Below are positions 37,013 through 47,290 of a DNA stretch of 64,000 nt, piece by piece. How positions within the stretch are numbered: position 1 is the stretch's first letter; each line of letters begins with the position of its first letter. This DNA comes from Escherichia phage vB_EcoM_G2469. Under the pieces are notes generated by a model. It did not search any database, was not told the origin of the DNA, and was given only the letters and a program-made list of their open reading frames with translations. A program made the translations under genes and the position numbers. Where the stretch lies: sequence record MK327934.1; one strand, written 5' to 3'.

Positions 37013-37969
37013 TTATTTGAAAGGTTTTACCATATGGAAATTTTGTTTGAAACGTTTGACGTAATCGTCATGTCCTAAGCTTTGGTACATACTTACTACT
37101 TTGCTGTAGTTTTCCCAGGCGTATTCACGGAACCAACCGGAGGTGATGCTTGTGCAGACTTTTTCTAATGCCATCATGAAACTGGCTTCAGGGTTAATTT
37201 TAAAGTCATTAGGAATCTGAGAACGTTCTAATGCTAGTACACATGATTCTTCATATACACCGGCCAATTTGACCATTTCTGGTAACGATTCGAACTTCTC
37301 GCGTGAGGTCATGACTTCAGAACCGTCTTTCATATAAAATGTATAAGCCGGACGGTCTGTTAGTGCAATGGCTTCATGAATAGTATCATGGTCATATGTA
37401 TAGATGTCATCTTTAAAGAACGCACTTTTAGAAGTGTCAAGAACCGGGTGAGCATAGTTCAAGGTTTCTTTCTGGCGTTTCAGCATAATTTCAGTAAGTT
37501 CATCGTTCAGTGTAACACCTTTACCACGAAGATACTGAATATGGTTCATAGTCTTTAAAAAGAATGGATTATTTTTCTTGAAACGATGAGACATCTTAAT
37601 TGCAAGGCACATCTCAGGAGTTGCCCAGTAAAACCCGTTCAAACGGTCTTTAGTCAAATTTTTCTTGGCGTATTTTAAAAGGTCATAAGAAGACGTGAAA
37701 TCTTCAGGAGTGAGTTCACCAACTAATTCACGGACATTAGTGATTGCCGGAACAATATATGCTTCAAAATGAGTTTCGCGTCCATTATGGAAGCATTTGA
37801 AAACTTGGACATCAGGGTTATCTTGGTGAACATATACACCCATCATTTGATTTTTGAATGCATTCCAAGAACATTGGTCCGCAATAAAGTCCCAATCACT
37901 ATTTTTGATAGCGCTAGAATCAATAAGACCGTGATAGTGAAGTGCACGAGAACCAATAACCAACATCAT
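37013..37969 (-). CDS. hypothetical protein
   Basis: 318-aa ORF. Confidence 0.5.
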   Translation of the reverse strand: MMLVIGSRALHYHGLIDSSAIKNSDWDFIADQCSWNAFKNQMMGVYVHQDNPDVQVFKCFHNGRETHFEAYIVPAITNVRELVGELTPEDFTSSYDLLKYAKKNLTKDRLNGFYWATPEMCLAIKMSHRFKKNNPFFLKTMNHIQYLRGKGVTLNDELTEIMLKRQKETLNYAHPVLDTSKSAFFKDDIYTYDHDTIHEAIALTDRPAYTFYMKDGSEVMTSREKFESLPEMVKLAGVYEESCVLALERSQIPNDFKINPEASFMMALEKVCTSITSGWFREYAWENYSKVVSMYQSLGHDDYVKRFKQNFHMVKPFK

Positions 37970-37997
37970 AATATTTTCCTCGGATTAATTCATTAAC

Positions 37998-38249
37998 TTA
38001 AATTTCACGACATGCGATATTATATTCATCCCAGAGGTCATCATGTGAAGCCTCTACCAAAGGAACGATTGTACCGTTTATGTCTTCATTATAAGGGCAA
38101 ATTGTACAGTGCGCATCTTCGAATCGGATGCCTTTGTGTTCAGATTTTTTATAACGCATATCGAATATCTTTGCAAACTTTTCACGAGTAATGGTTTTAC
38201 CAACCACTTTGGTTCCGATACTTTCGTAATAAATCATTGTGGACTCCAT
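37998..38249 (-). CDS. hypothetical protein
   Basis: 83-aa ORF. Confidence 0.45.
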   Translation of the reverse strand: MESTMIYYESIGTKVVGKTITREKFAKIFDMRYKKSEHKGIRFEDAHCTICPYNEDINGTIVPLVEASHDDLWDEYNIACREI

Positions 38250-38256
38250 TTGTTTT

Positions 38257-38295
38257 GATAGGACTACTATAACATAGCCCTATCTTGTTGTAAAC
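38257..38295 (-). promoter_or_regulatory. early-promoter cassette with palindrome around the -10
   Basis: Plus gataggactactataacatagccctatcttgttgtaaac. Confidence 0.4.
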
Positions 38296-38299
38296 TGTT

Positions 38300-38497
38300 T
38301 TAGCAAGAATAACTAGATGATACCCAGCCTTGAACAGTGATACTATTGTGGGATAATGAGATCGCGTCCTGGAGATTCAGACCTGCGTTATCTTCAATCC
38401 ATAATGTAACTTCTTCGCGTTCTTCTGTTGCAATTTGGAACAGGTTTTCCAGGGCAGCTACTGCCGTACGTACAGCACAATCTAATTCACGAGACAT
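38300..38497 (-). CDS. small protein, paralog family with C-terminal G-W-V-x-S-S-x-x-C
   Basis: 65 aa ending GWVSSSYSC. Confidence 0.45.
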   Translation of the reverse strand: MSRELDCAVRTAVAALENLFQIATEEREEVTLWIEDNAGLNLQDAISLSHNSITVQGWVSSSYSC

Positions 38498-38506
38498 ATG
38501 ATTTCC

Positions 38507-38779
38507 TTAACAAGTGTGAGAAGATGCAACCCAACCGCCATCTTCAAGGCTCAGGTTGTAGTCGTATTGGTAAACGTCGGCCCATTCAGCATAGCCGTTT
38601 TTTGTACAACGTTCAAGATCGGCTTTAAGATGTCCGGGTGAATGATAGGTTCCACCCATACCATAAGCTGGGTACAAGTCGAATGTTGTGTTTTGTTTAT
38701 CAGCAATTTCTTTGGCAGCCTCAATAGCTGCATAGATTTTTGCTACAGCTTCAGCCAGTTCGGTTTGTTCTTTAGACAT
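38507..38779 (-). CDS. small protein, same paralog family
   Basis: 90 aa ending GGWVASSHTC. Confidence 0.45.
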   Translation of the reverse strand: MSKEQTELAEAVAKIYAAIEAAKEIADKQNTTFDLYPAYGMGGTYHSPGHLKADLERCTKNGYAEWADVYQYDYNLSLEDGGWVASSHTC

Positions 38780-38788
38780 AATGATTCC

Positions 38789-39094
38789 TTAGCACAACGC
38801 TGAAGACGAAACCCAAGCACCTTCAGTAATAACGTAACCATTACCTTCACGCTTAACATCGCCACCATTATTTTCAATTTCATTTTTCATCCACTGGGAT
38901 ACGATTTCACCCTTAGGATAATAAGTACGACCGCTACCATAATCACCTACAGAAAATGATACGGCATATTGGTCTGCGATCTTTGTTGCTTCTTCTTCAA
39001 TACGTTCAGCTTGATTCAGAAGTTTATAAATTGCATCTGAAGCGGATTTGGCATCATTAAACTCTGGTACTTTAATTTCAATAATCTTACTCAT
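38789..39094 (-). CDS. small protein, same paralog family
   Basis: 101 aa ending GAWVSSSALC. Confidence 0.45.
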   Translation of the reverse strand: MSKIIEIKVPEFNDAKSASDAIYKLLNQAERIEEEATKIADQYAVSFSVGDYGSGRTYYPKGEIVSQWMKNEIENNGGDVKREGNGYVITEGAWVSSSALC

Positions 39095-39192
39095 TTTCTA
39101 CATTCCTTAATAAAGTTTTCTATTGTTTCATTTTCACGTCTAGCTAGGAGTTCATTATAACTAATCATTTGAGAAGCGTAAACAGCATAAAT

Positions 39193-39615
39193 TCAGTTCA
39201 GGCTTTTGCATCTTATTTCCTTAACGAATTCCATAGCTTCTTCATATTCATACTTTTTAACAGCTTCATCATACTGAGCTTTGGCTTTCGCGCACTGAAC
39301 TTTCCATTCACGAACTCGAGCTCTGTGATGACGGCCTTGGTACCAATATCCCACCAAGTTAATAGGCATTAATAAAAATGGCACAATAAACGACCCGGCT
39401 ATAATAAGTAAAAACACTGCATCAGACGATATAACTTCACTAGAATCTAAAACAGCTCCTATAATCATAAAGATTAAAAATGCTAAAGCTAAAATAGGGC
39501 CAAATAGTACTTCATTTGGGATTAATTTACGCTTGTATTCGTATGCCCAGGGCTTAATTGGCATGTACAGGGTTGGCTTTGACATATTCTCTACATTCCA
39601 TAATAAATTGCTCAA
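39193..39615 (-). CDS. hypothetical membrane protein
   Basis: 140 aa with hydrophobic core segments. Confidence 0.45.
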   Translation of the reverse strand: MSNLLWNVENMSKPTLYMPIKPWAYEYKRKLIPNEVLFGPILALAFLIFMIIGAVLDSSEVISSDAVFLLIIAGSFIVPFLLMPINLVGYWYQGRHHRARVREWKVQCAKAKAQYDEAVKKYEYEEAMEFVKEIRCKSLN

Positions 39616-40177
39616 GGATTAAATTGTTAGTGAAATTAGGACTAACAACCATAGTTTCATAAAGCGCATCAATAGCACTTAAAGCATCAACTCTTTTAAG
39701 CAAAGGCTTGCCTTCATACATAGTTTCAGAATCGATGATTAACGTAAAGTAATATTTTTTATTATCGACTAGAACTTCCGTATCGATATAAAACATATTA
39801 GACCTCAGAAGCTTATCTCTAAAACCATAATAATCTTCAGAGCGTTCGCTGATATATTCCCATTCAGTGTTTAAACAACAAACAGACCATGTAGGAGCAA
39901 CGAAATCAGTGAATCTAATATCATGGTCTGCAACTAGTTTAGCAATAGCTCCGATATCATGAATCATAATACCTGGGGCTAATAAAGATTTTCTGCTATG
40001 GCTAGCCGTTTTCTCAGTAGTCTCATAAGAAGACGACCAGTACCATTTACGTCCAGTTGCAACATATCGTAATGAATCAACTAAAGACGTAGGTGGATTT
40101 ACCTTATTTCGGAACTCTTCGAACATTGAGTCAATATCATTATTTTGGTTTCGCATGTTAACTCCTTTATTATCCAA
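39554..40177 (-). CDS. hypothetical protein
   Basis: 207-aa ORF. Confidence 0.45.
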   Translation of the reverse strand: MDNKGVNMRNQNNDIDSMFEEFRNKVNPPTSLVDSLRYVATGRKWYWSSSYETTEKTASHSRKSLLAPGIMIHDIGAIAKLVADHDIRFTDFVAPTWSVCCLNTEWEYISERSEDYYGFRDKLLRSNMFYIDTEVLVDNKKYYFTLIIDSETMYEGKPLLKRVDALSAIDALYETMVVSPNFTNNLILEQFIMECREYVKANPVHAN

Positions 40178-40205
40178 AAGGAGGACCGGAGTCCTCCGTA
40201 TTATT

Positions 40206-40814
40206 TTATTTCAAAGAGTTAATATATTCTTGTACATCAGCAGAAGTGGTTTCGACGCCAGCTGGAGTGCCATTGAACGTTTCAACACGAGTCAGAGTGT
40301 CTTCGATATCAACCTTAGTCAGTGCAGCGATTTCAATTACATCATCAGCCGTAGAGATACCAAGGGCATTGGCTGCTCGAGTTTCACGAATGTATTCGAG
40401 TTTGATTGCCAGATTCTGACGAGCATCATCAAGTTCAACCACCTTACGAGCAATTTCAATTCGCATAGCGGCGTACCCGTCAGCTTTTGTATTAAGTTGT
40501 TCGGCAGTTCGACGATACAGAAGACCAAGCTTAGCATGCATAGTAACATCTTGTCCTTCGGCCAGGAGCTTACGAATTTCACGTTCCTTAGAAGCGGCTT
40601 GCTTGTTCTTTTCATTAACAAGTTCGCGAATACGTTTTTCTTCATTAATAGATTTAACAGAAGCCGTTTTTAGTTCTTTGATTTGGGTAATCAACTTATC
40701 TGCAGCTGCGTTATACTGTTCTTCGACAGTCAGATTTTTAGCCATAGCAGTACCCAGTTTAGTGCGGATGAATTCAACAAGTTTCTTCAGTGTGTTCATA
40801 TTATTACCTTTCAA
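40206..40814 (-). CDS. hypothetical coiled-coil protein (weak PspA/IM30-like character)
   Basis: 202 aa, long predicted helical/coiled-coil region. Confidence 0.4.
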   Translation of the reverse strand: MKGNNMNTLKKLVEFIRTKLGTAMAKNLTVEEQYNAAADKLITQIKELKTASVKSINEEKRIRELVNEKNKQAASKEREIRKLLAEGQDVTMHAKLGLLYRRTAEQLNTKADGYAAMRIEIARKVVELDDARQNLAIKLEYIRETRAANALGISTADDVIEIAALTKVDIEDTLTRVETFNGTPAGVETTSADVQEYINSLK

Positions 40815-40869
40815 TTGGTGGTTTATTATCCAACGAGAGCATTATACTCTGCTCTCAAGAGTTTGTAAA

Positions 40870-41097
40870 TTATTTTTTAATCAAATTGACATAAAACTTG
40901 GCGTCTTCGGGGTGCATGCCTTCGCAGTATTCTTCAACCATGAACTTCTTAATAGCTTCATAAGGACCACTCAGATTAAGCTCAGTTGTCCAGAACTTGG
41001 AATCTTGGGCTGAATCGATACGAACTTCAGGGTGACGGTTGCGAATAACTTCTTCGGTGTATTCATAATCAACGACATCAATACTAACTGTAGCCAT
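40870..41097 (-). CDS. hypothetical protein
   Basis: 75-aa ORF. Confidence 0.45.
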   Translation of the reverse strand: MATVSIDVVDYEYTEEVIRNRHPEVRIDSAQDSKFWTTELNLSGPYEAIKKFMVEEYCEGMHPEDAKFYVNLIKK

Positions 41098-41376
41098 TTT
41101 GTTTTCCTCTTGATTTGATAGGACTACTATAACATAAACTTACTTAGATGTAAATTATTTCAACGTCACCTTTAGCTGCTTTATAACCTTCAGCCCAAGA
41201 TACAACAGAGTTTTTATCTGAGGATTCAAATTCAGGCATTGGACTTTCACCAATATTCACACAGTATGTTTCTTCATTTTCATCGAACCAAATAATTAAA
41301 GTAGTCATTTTGTTTACTCCTCTGTAGTTGATAAGTCTATAGTATCACCATCCTTGGTGCTTGTACATCATTATTT

Positions 41377-41682
41377 TTAATTTTTCCAACTTAACAACTT
41401 GTAGTGTCCTTCATTCATACGTGGTTTATCCCAAGAAATACTAATATATGATTCGCTGTCAATAGAAGTCGCCGGGTTTTTCTCTACCGTAAGACCTTCA
41501 CTTTCCAGCCATTCAATAGTATTTGCGCATAAATCAGAAGAACACCTAATCGGAAACCGGCAAGATTTTTCACCTTTAGCTGCAGTGTTATACATCTTTT
41601 CTAAAATACGCTTTTGCACGTTTTTAAAAATAGTTTCAGCAGATTCTTCAGATTTTTTATTCAGTTCAGTGTAAAGACTCAT
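41377..41682 (-). CDS. hypothetical protein
   Basis: 101-aa ORF. Confidence 0.45.
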   Translation of the reverse strand: MSLYTELNKKSEESAETIFKNVQKRILEKMYNTAAKGEKSCRFPIRCSSDLCANTIEWLESEGLTVEKNPATSIDSESYISISWDKPRMNEGHYKLLSWKN

Positions 41683-41770
41683 AATATTCTCCTCATGTTT
41701 TGATAGGTCTATAGTAACACATCTAGGGAAGAAGTAAACAACTTTTTCAGTAAGTTATAGACCCCCTAAA

Positions 41771-41786
41771 GGGGACCGAAGTCCCC
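41771..41786 (-). terminator. post-ORF UUCG hairpin (terminator or stabiliser)
   Basis: ggggaccgaagtcccc just after the stop of ORF 41792..42418. Confidence 0.4.
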
Positions 41787-41791
41787 ATTCT

Positions 41792-42418
41792 TTACTTACG
41801 AGTTTTTGCATACTGAGCAGCGTCAGCAGCCAAACGACCTGCCTGACGAAGTTTTTCTTTAATCGCATCGTGAAGTGGTTGAGTGTACTTCAAACCTTCG
41901 ATAGTCAAATAAAGACGATAAAGGTCCGGGGTATCAAGGTTGTTGATATGTTGGCCATTACGAAGAATATTGAATTCACGAACGAGTGAAGATGTATCGG
42001 ATTCAATATCACGAACAAGCGAAGATAGTTGTTTATATTTTTTTTCCAGACTAGAAGTATCAAACTTAAGAGCAGGAGCTTTAGGAGTTGCTTTTACTTC
42101 AGGCTTAGGCTCAGGTTTTGCTATTGCTTTAGGGGTCGCAGGTTTAGGAATGGAAGGAGTAGGTTTTACTTTAGGCGAACCCGATTTAGCAGAAACACCA
42201 CCACTAACAATATCTTTGAATGCTTTAGAAGCTCTGTAATATTCTTTTTGGCTGGAAGTGTCGATACCGTACATGGCTTGAACGTTTTTGAAAAACTCTG
42301 TACTAGTTTTTGTACCAGAAATAGCATCGTAAGCAGCTTGCCATTTCTCTTTTGTCATACGTACACCGGCTTCGGTGATTACTTCCGTTTCGGCTAAAAA
42401 TTCATTAAAAGTATACAT
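41792..42418 (-). CDS. internal-protein-like protein with Pro/Lys-rich linker
   Basis: 208 aa, N-terminal MYTFNEFLAETE (CTS-like); late promoter upstream. Confidence 0.5.
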   Translation of the reverse strand: MYTFNEFLAETEVITEAGVRMTKEKWQAAYDAISGTKTSTEFFKNVQAMYGIDTSSQKEYYRASKAFKDIVSGGVSAKSGSPKVKPTPSIPKPATPKAIAKPEPKPEVKATPKAPALKFDTSSLEKKYKQLSSLVRDIESDTSSLVREFNILRNGQHINNLDTPDLYRLYLTIEGLKYTQPLHDAIKEKLRQAGRLAADAAQYAKTRK

Positions 42419-42453
42419 CGATGGTCCTTAGAAAGTAGGTTTATTGTTTACTA

Positions 42454-42461
42454 TATTTATA
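42454..42461 (-). promoter_or_regulatory. T4-type late promoter TATAAATA (minus strand)
   Basis: Plus tatttata about 36 nt upstream of ATG 42416-42418. Confidence 0.5.
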
Positions 42462-42462
42462 C

Positions 42463-42491
42463 AAAAAAGCCCCAACCTTTCGGAAGGGGCT
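42463..42491 (-). terminator. intrinsic terminator (minus strand)
   Basis: Plus aaaaaagccccaacctttcggaaggggct; near-duplicate of the 26594-26621 terminator. Confidence 0.6.
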
Positions 42492-42531
42492 ATATACCTT
42501 GTCGGGGTTCCACCTGCTAAGGCAAGTGTTT

Positions 42532-42625
42532 GTACGAAACGCCGGGATTCGAACCCGGTTATTAAGTAGTTGACGCTACTCAATATTTTTAAAAGGCCAT
42601 ATCTCGACCATATCCGAACGTTCCG
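42532..42625 (-). ncRNA. tRNA-like element (canonical T-arm plus acceptor-like stem; degenerate tRNA or stable small RNA)
   Basis: Minus strand has CCGGG-TTCGAAT-CCCGG followed by CGTTTCG that can pair with CGGAACG about 85 nt upstream; D and anticodon arms do not fold canonically. Confidence 0.3.
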
Positions 42626-42793
42626 TCAAAAACGCTACTCGGCTTACGGCAAAGATATTTCCTCGAATCGATAATTCGGTGCGCCGTTTCTGCTGTGATA
42701 TAAGGGGGCATTAACAAAACATAAAGATTTATTAATGCCAGTCCTTACTCAGGGAACATCAGTCCGACGACTTACCGGTAGCGACCCGGCTTC

Positions 42794-43138
42794 TTATTTT
42801 GGCATATCATCAATTTGCTCTCGACGCCGACGCCATAGATTAATCGCTTCATAAACACATTCTGCGTTTGGTATATGACGGCAATAATATAATGATTCGC
42901 GTTTCTGGAATCGATGTTGCAATGGGATTTCGTTTAAAAGGTCTTTACGGTCAAAGTATTCAAAACTAGTTAACCTGGAACGGTTTTTAATGAACTTCCA
43001 ATGACCAAATTCATTTTGAACATAGATGTAATCTGCATGTTGGTATAACAAATTAATCAATCGGTCTGAAATAACTGTATCATGTTCGTTAAAATAAAAC
43101 GTTAAATCATGAACTACTAAGTAAACATTACCTTTCAT
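42794..43138 (-). CDS. hypothetical protein
   Basis: ORF 42794..43186 trimmed to internal start MKGNVYLVVHDL so it does not overlap tRNA-Arg. Confidence 0.4.
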   Translation of the reverse strand: MKGNVYLVVHDLTFYFNEHDTVISDRLINLLYQHADYIYVQNEFGHWKFIKNRSRLTSFEYFDRKDLLNEIPLQHRFQKRESLYYCRHIPNAECVYEAINLWRRRREQIDDMPK

Positions 43139-43156
43139 ATTTTCCTCACTTAAAAT

Positions 43157-43233
<77 letters not shown>

Positions 43234-43333
43234 ATGATGCGGCTTTGGGTGTTTCAGTGTTACTCGTTTGTAGGTTCTACTTTTAACCCTTATTCGAACA
43301 ACTTACCTACCTAAGAGCGTACTCACCGCGAAT

Positions 43334-43408
43334 TGGTGGCCCTGGCTGGTTTCGATCCAGCTACCTATCAGTTATGAGCTGACAGCTCTCCCATTGAGCT
43401 ACAGGGCC
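43334..43408 (-). tRNA. tRNA with CAU anticodon (Met, or Ile if C34 is modified)
   Basis: Hand fold GGCCCTG-TA-GCTC-AATGGGA-GAGC-T-GTCAG-CTCATAA-CTGAT-AGGTA-GCTGG-ATCGAAA-CCAGC-CAGGGCC-A-CCA. Confidence 0.7.
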
Positions 43409-43504
43409 TAAATAACTTTCTATTATGAAAGGCACTTGAGGGAGCACCTTTGGTAATAGAGGGTAGATTAATAATAACACATAATTCTTAAAGCAAATTA
43501 CGTT

Positions 43505-43795
43505 TTACCGTACCATATTAATGTAGTTATATTCAATGCAACGTAATTTCAAAGGGTTCTTGAAAATATCATATTCAAGAGGGCCTTTTTCTGTTTCAAT
43601 AAAGAAATCAAAGTTAACTGTGTTAAATTTAACGTCTTCACAGAGTAATTTAACTTGTGAAGATGAACGGTCGATATAAACCTTTTCAACCTCAAAGATA
43701 GTCAGAATACCGTAGTCATTAACCAGTGCTTTAGCTGCACGTTGGTCGCTTTCATATCCGTTCTCAATGGACGATACTTTAGCATAAAGAATCAT
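43505..43795 (-). CDS. hypothetical protein
   Basis: 96-aa ORF. Confidence 0.45.
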   Translation of the reverse strand: MILYAKVSSIENGYESDQRAAKALVNDYGILTIFEVEKVYIDRSSSQVKLLCEDVKFNTVNFDFFIETEKGPLEYDIFKNPLKLRCIEYNYINMVR

Positions 43796-44154
43796 GAATG
43801 TTCCACCATTTCAAAGGTATGAGCATCAACAATATGATACCAGTCAAAATTTTCTTCCGCGTTTTTATAAATTTCGCGAAGAGCTTCAACAGTTTTTCCT
43901 GTAGCAACAAGATCGTCAATACCACCAAGAGGATAACAGTAATAACCAGCAAACAGAAGGAAATTAATAGTTTCTGTAGGTTCTGGATGCAGAACACCGT
44001 TATCATCTACCACTTCAAAGAAAGTGTAAGAAGGAGTACAAGTTTTAATCCAAACCCATGCTTGGGCTGCTGAATCAAATGGTCTGCGTATCAAACGACA
44101 ATCAGGGTCTTTAGAAGGATTTGCGTCAAAATCTGCATATACATGATATTTCAT
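43792..44154 (-). CDS. hypothetical protein
   Basis: 120-aa ORF. Confidence 0.5.
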   Translation of the reverse strand: MKYHVYADFDANPSKDPDCRLIRRPFDSAAQAWVWIKTCTPSYTFFEVVDDNGVLHPEPTETINFLLFAGYYCYPLGGIDDLVATGKTVEALREIYKNAEENFDWYHIVDAHTFEMVEHS

Positions 44155-44361
44155 TTACTCACCTTTTGCAATTTTATCCATAACGATAGCGATTAAGCCG
44201 ATTAGAAATGCTACTACCAATGAGATAGAATTTTCTGTTGTTGTCAGTAGTCCACAAATGAATCCTACAAACATCGAAAAACTAAAAGCCATTGAAGCAA
44301 TTACTACAGCAACATTACGAATCAGTTCAGCGCGTTTCATTTTATTTCTCCATTTACTCAT
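44155..44361 (-). CDS. hypothetical membrane protein
   Basis: 68 aa, two hydrophobic helices. Confidence 0.45.
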   Translation of the reverse strand: MSKWRNKMKRAELIRNVAVVIASMAFSFSMFVGFICGLLTTTENSISLVVAFLIGLIAIVMDKIAKGE

Positions 44362-44409
44362 TTGTTTTGATAGGACTACTATAACATATCCCTATAGGCT
44401 TGTATACCT

Positions 44410-44673
44410 TTATTTCAAATATATTGCGTATTTTTTATAGCCACCAGGCTCGTGTCGAAGACCTTTATCATTCGCAAAACGTTGAATGTTATTGAACTGA
44501 TTTTCATCAAGTTCGGATGTGTCAAATACGAAAAAGTTTCGTTTGTTACCAAGCGTGATATGCGGAGTTAAGTCAATGTTATACAAATTAAGAATATCAG
44601 CAATAACCTGATTGACCGCTTTGTTAATTTTCACACCAGATGATTCTGAGATGAATTCGTTGAAAGTTTTCAT
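44410..44673 (-). CDS. internal-protein-like small protein
   Basis: Start MKTFNEFISES (CTS-like). Confidence 0.45.
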   Translation of the reverse strand: MKTFNEFISESSGVKINKAVNQVIADILNLYNIDLTPHITLGNKRNFFVFDTSELDENQFNNIQRFANDKGLRHEPGGYKKYAIYLK

Positions 44674-44696
44674 TTTAGGTTCCATTTGGTTGTTTT

Positions 44697-44735
44697 GATA
44701 GGACTACTATAACATAGTCCTATCGTGTTGTAAAT
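44697..44735 (-). promoter_or_regulatory. early-promoter cassette with perfect palindrome GATAGGACT-N10-AGTCCTATC
   Basis: Plus gataggactactataacatagtcctatcgtgttgtaaat. Confidence 0.45.
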
Positions 44736-45046
44736 TATTTTATGCCTTTAGAAGAAATGGTATTTTGGCGTTTAACCCCTGTTTGTGAAAAATCGTGGTT
44801 ATCGATTTGGTCGACTCGCATAACACCAAATGCAGATTTAATTTTAGCCTTTGAACCTTTTTTGATACTAATTATCATATAAGTATCATTTTTCTTATAT
44901 TCGAAATTTGTTACTTCAACGCCTTGATTAGAAATTGACTTAATAATAGCATTAGCGTATTCATCATCTAACGGACCGGTGGTGTTAATAATAAAATTTT
45001 TATCGGCTTTAGTAGCTTCAGCGATAAACTCTTGATAAGTTTTCAT
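44735..45046 (-). CDS. internal-protein-like protein (ipI position)
   Basis: 103 aa, N-terminal MKTYQEFIAEA. Confidence 0.5.
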   Translation of the reverse strand: MKTYQEFIAEATKADKNFIINTTGPLDDEYANAIIKSISNQGVEVTNFEYKKNDTYMIISIKKGSKAKIKSAFGVMRVDQIDNHDFSQTGVKRQNTISSKGIK

Positions 45047-45125
45047 TTGTTTTTTCCGTTTGGTTTGTGATTTGATATGATGATAGTATCACACCATCAT
45101 CCTTATGTAAACTGTTTTGTGAAAA

Positions 45126-45811
<686 letters not shown>

Positions 45812-45815
45812 TTTA

Positions 45816-46550
45816 TTACCTTAAGATTGTTTCAATTTTAGAATAAAGCTCTTCTAAAGAGCCGTCGTTTGTAATAACTAAATCGCCTTCTTCAATAGGC
45901 AACCCAGCTTCTGTAATATGTTTATCAGTGGATTCCGTACCAGAGCGAACAACATGAATAACTGTAGCACCCATCGCTCTAGCGGTTTCCATTTCATGGA
46001 CTTGACGTGTATCGGTTACAACATAGTAATCGAAATCACTTCCAATATAATCCATATAGTTTAATGCAAAAAGCTTAACCCAATACATACGGTCAAATAA
46101 ATTAACGACAACATCCGTACCGAGGGCTTGCATAAGACGGCGGATTGACCATGTGTCGTTGATATTATTTATAGCTTCACGCAGGGCTTCATATGGTTTA
46201 ATATCTAGATACGAATATCCACCTTCTAACGATGATAATACTTTAACATTATTAATTGGTAAATATTGACTTTGCAAATAAATTAGCGCTTCTTCCAATA
46301 ATTCAATAACATCCAACTTATTGATATTTAATGGCGTTTCACGGTCATATCCGATACCTTCAAAGTATTCGTATTTCAACTCTGTGAATACATCAGGATT
46401 TTCAGCATGCCTACGTCCCCAGGCTATTGCTAGAGCGTCTTTAATTGGATATGCTAATTGGTATTTTACGGATTTAAAGTTTGAATTGATGTAATCAGCA
46501 GTAGTGTCTTTACCACTACGTTTGATGCCACTTAAAAAGATTAGCTCCAT
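45816..46550 (-). CDS. 1: deoxynucleoside monophosphate kinase gp1
   Basis: 244 aa, P-loop GIKRSGKDT; ...RLMQALGTDVVVNLFDRMYWVKLFA... matches T4 gp1. Confidence 0.9.
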   Translation of the reverse strand: MELIFLSGIKRSGKDTTADYINSNFKSVKYQLAYPIKDALAIAWGRRHAENPDVFTELKYEYFEGIGYDRETPLNINKLDVIELLEEALIYLQSQYLPINNVKVLSSLEGGYSYLDIKPYEALREAINNINDTWSIRRLMQALGTDVVVNLFDRMYWVKLFALNYMDYIGSDFDYYVVTDTRQVHEMETARAMGATVIHVVRSGTESTDKHITEAGLPIEEGDLVITNDGSLEELYSKIETILR

Positions 46551-46603
46551 AGGTTTTCCTCATATAATTTATGAGTGATTATAACATACGGAGCTAGAAG
46601 CGA

Positions 46604-47194
46604 TTAACGCAAGGAAGGGTGTCTAGAAATGGATTTAGATTCGGCTGCTTGACGAGGCTGTTGAGATACAATGACTTCGCCATCTTTTTCTATCGTCATA
46701 TACGCATAGTGAATAGTTGCTACGCACGTAACGGCAGGGTCAGAGTCTTCGGTGTAACTAAATTCAATTTCACTCAAATCAGAAATCCATGGTTTATAGA
46801 AATTTGCCGTCAAAACTACTTCTGTCTTATTGTTGTTTAAAATGTGCAAAGTAACAAACTCAGGACCATCGGAGTGTGCAGTATTATGCCCAGTTATATA
46901 GTTATTAGTGCTGAGCATCCATTTATACATGTTCATCCAGGACGTCATGTCTTCATCAACTATAAATCGTACAACAAAAGGGTCATATTCAAATGTGGTG
47001 CCTGCACGCATTGCACGTCCTAACCCCATTGTGCCTGTCACAGTTTCAACAACAGGAATTCTCACACCTGGCAATGGTGCCGTTTGGGCATTGAGCACAA
47101 AACCTGAAGTTCGTGTACTATCTGGGATATCCACAACAAAGTTTGTTATATTTGTTTGGTTAAAAATCTGTCTCGTTGGACGAGTCATAAGCAC
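46604..47194 (-). CDS. 3: tail completion / sheath stabiliser protein gp3
   Basis: 196-aa ORF; position between genes 1 and 2 as in T4. Confidence 0.7.
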   Translation of the reverse strand: MLMTRPTRQIFNQTNITNFVVDIPDSTRTSGFVLNAQTAPLPGVRIPVVETVTGTMGLGRAMRAGTTFEYDPFVVRFIVDEDMTSWMNMYKWMLSTNNYITGHNTAHSDGPEFVTLHILNNNKTEVVLTANFYKPWISDLSEIEFSYTEDSDPAVTCVATIHYAYMTIEKDGEVIVSQQPRQAAESKSISRHPSLR

Positions 47195-47290
47195 CTCAAA
47201 AACGCTTTAATAAAAATGCAGTATAATGGTTTTAGGTCTCTTCCATTAATCTGGTTCAACAGAATATCAGAAGAACGGAAGAGAATAGAA

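Noticed and set aside
42532-42625. Third bona fide tRNA gene
   Set aside because: T-arm and acceptor-like pairing are present but the D-arm and a 7-nt anticodon loop cannot be formed by hand; kept only as a low-confidence tRNA-like element.
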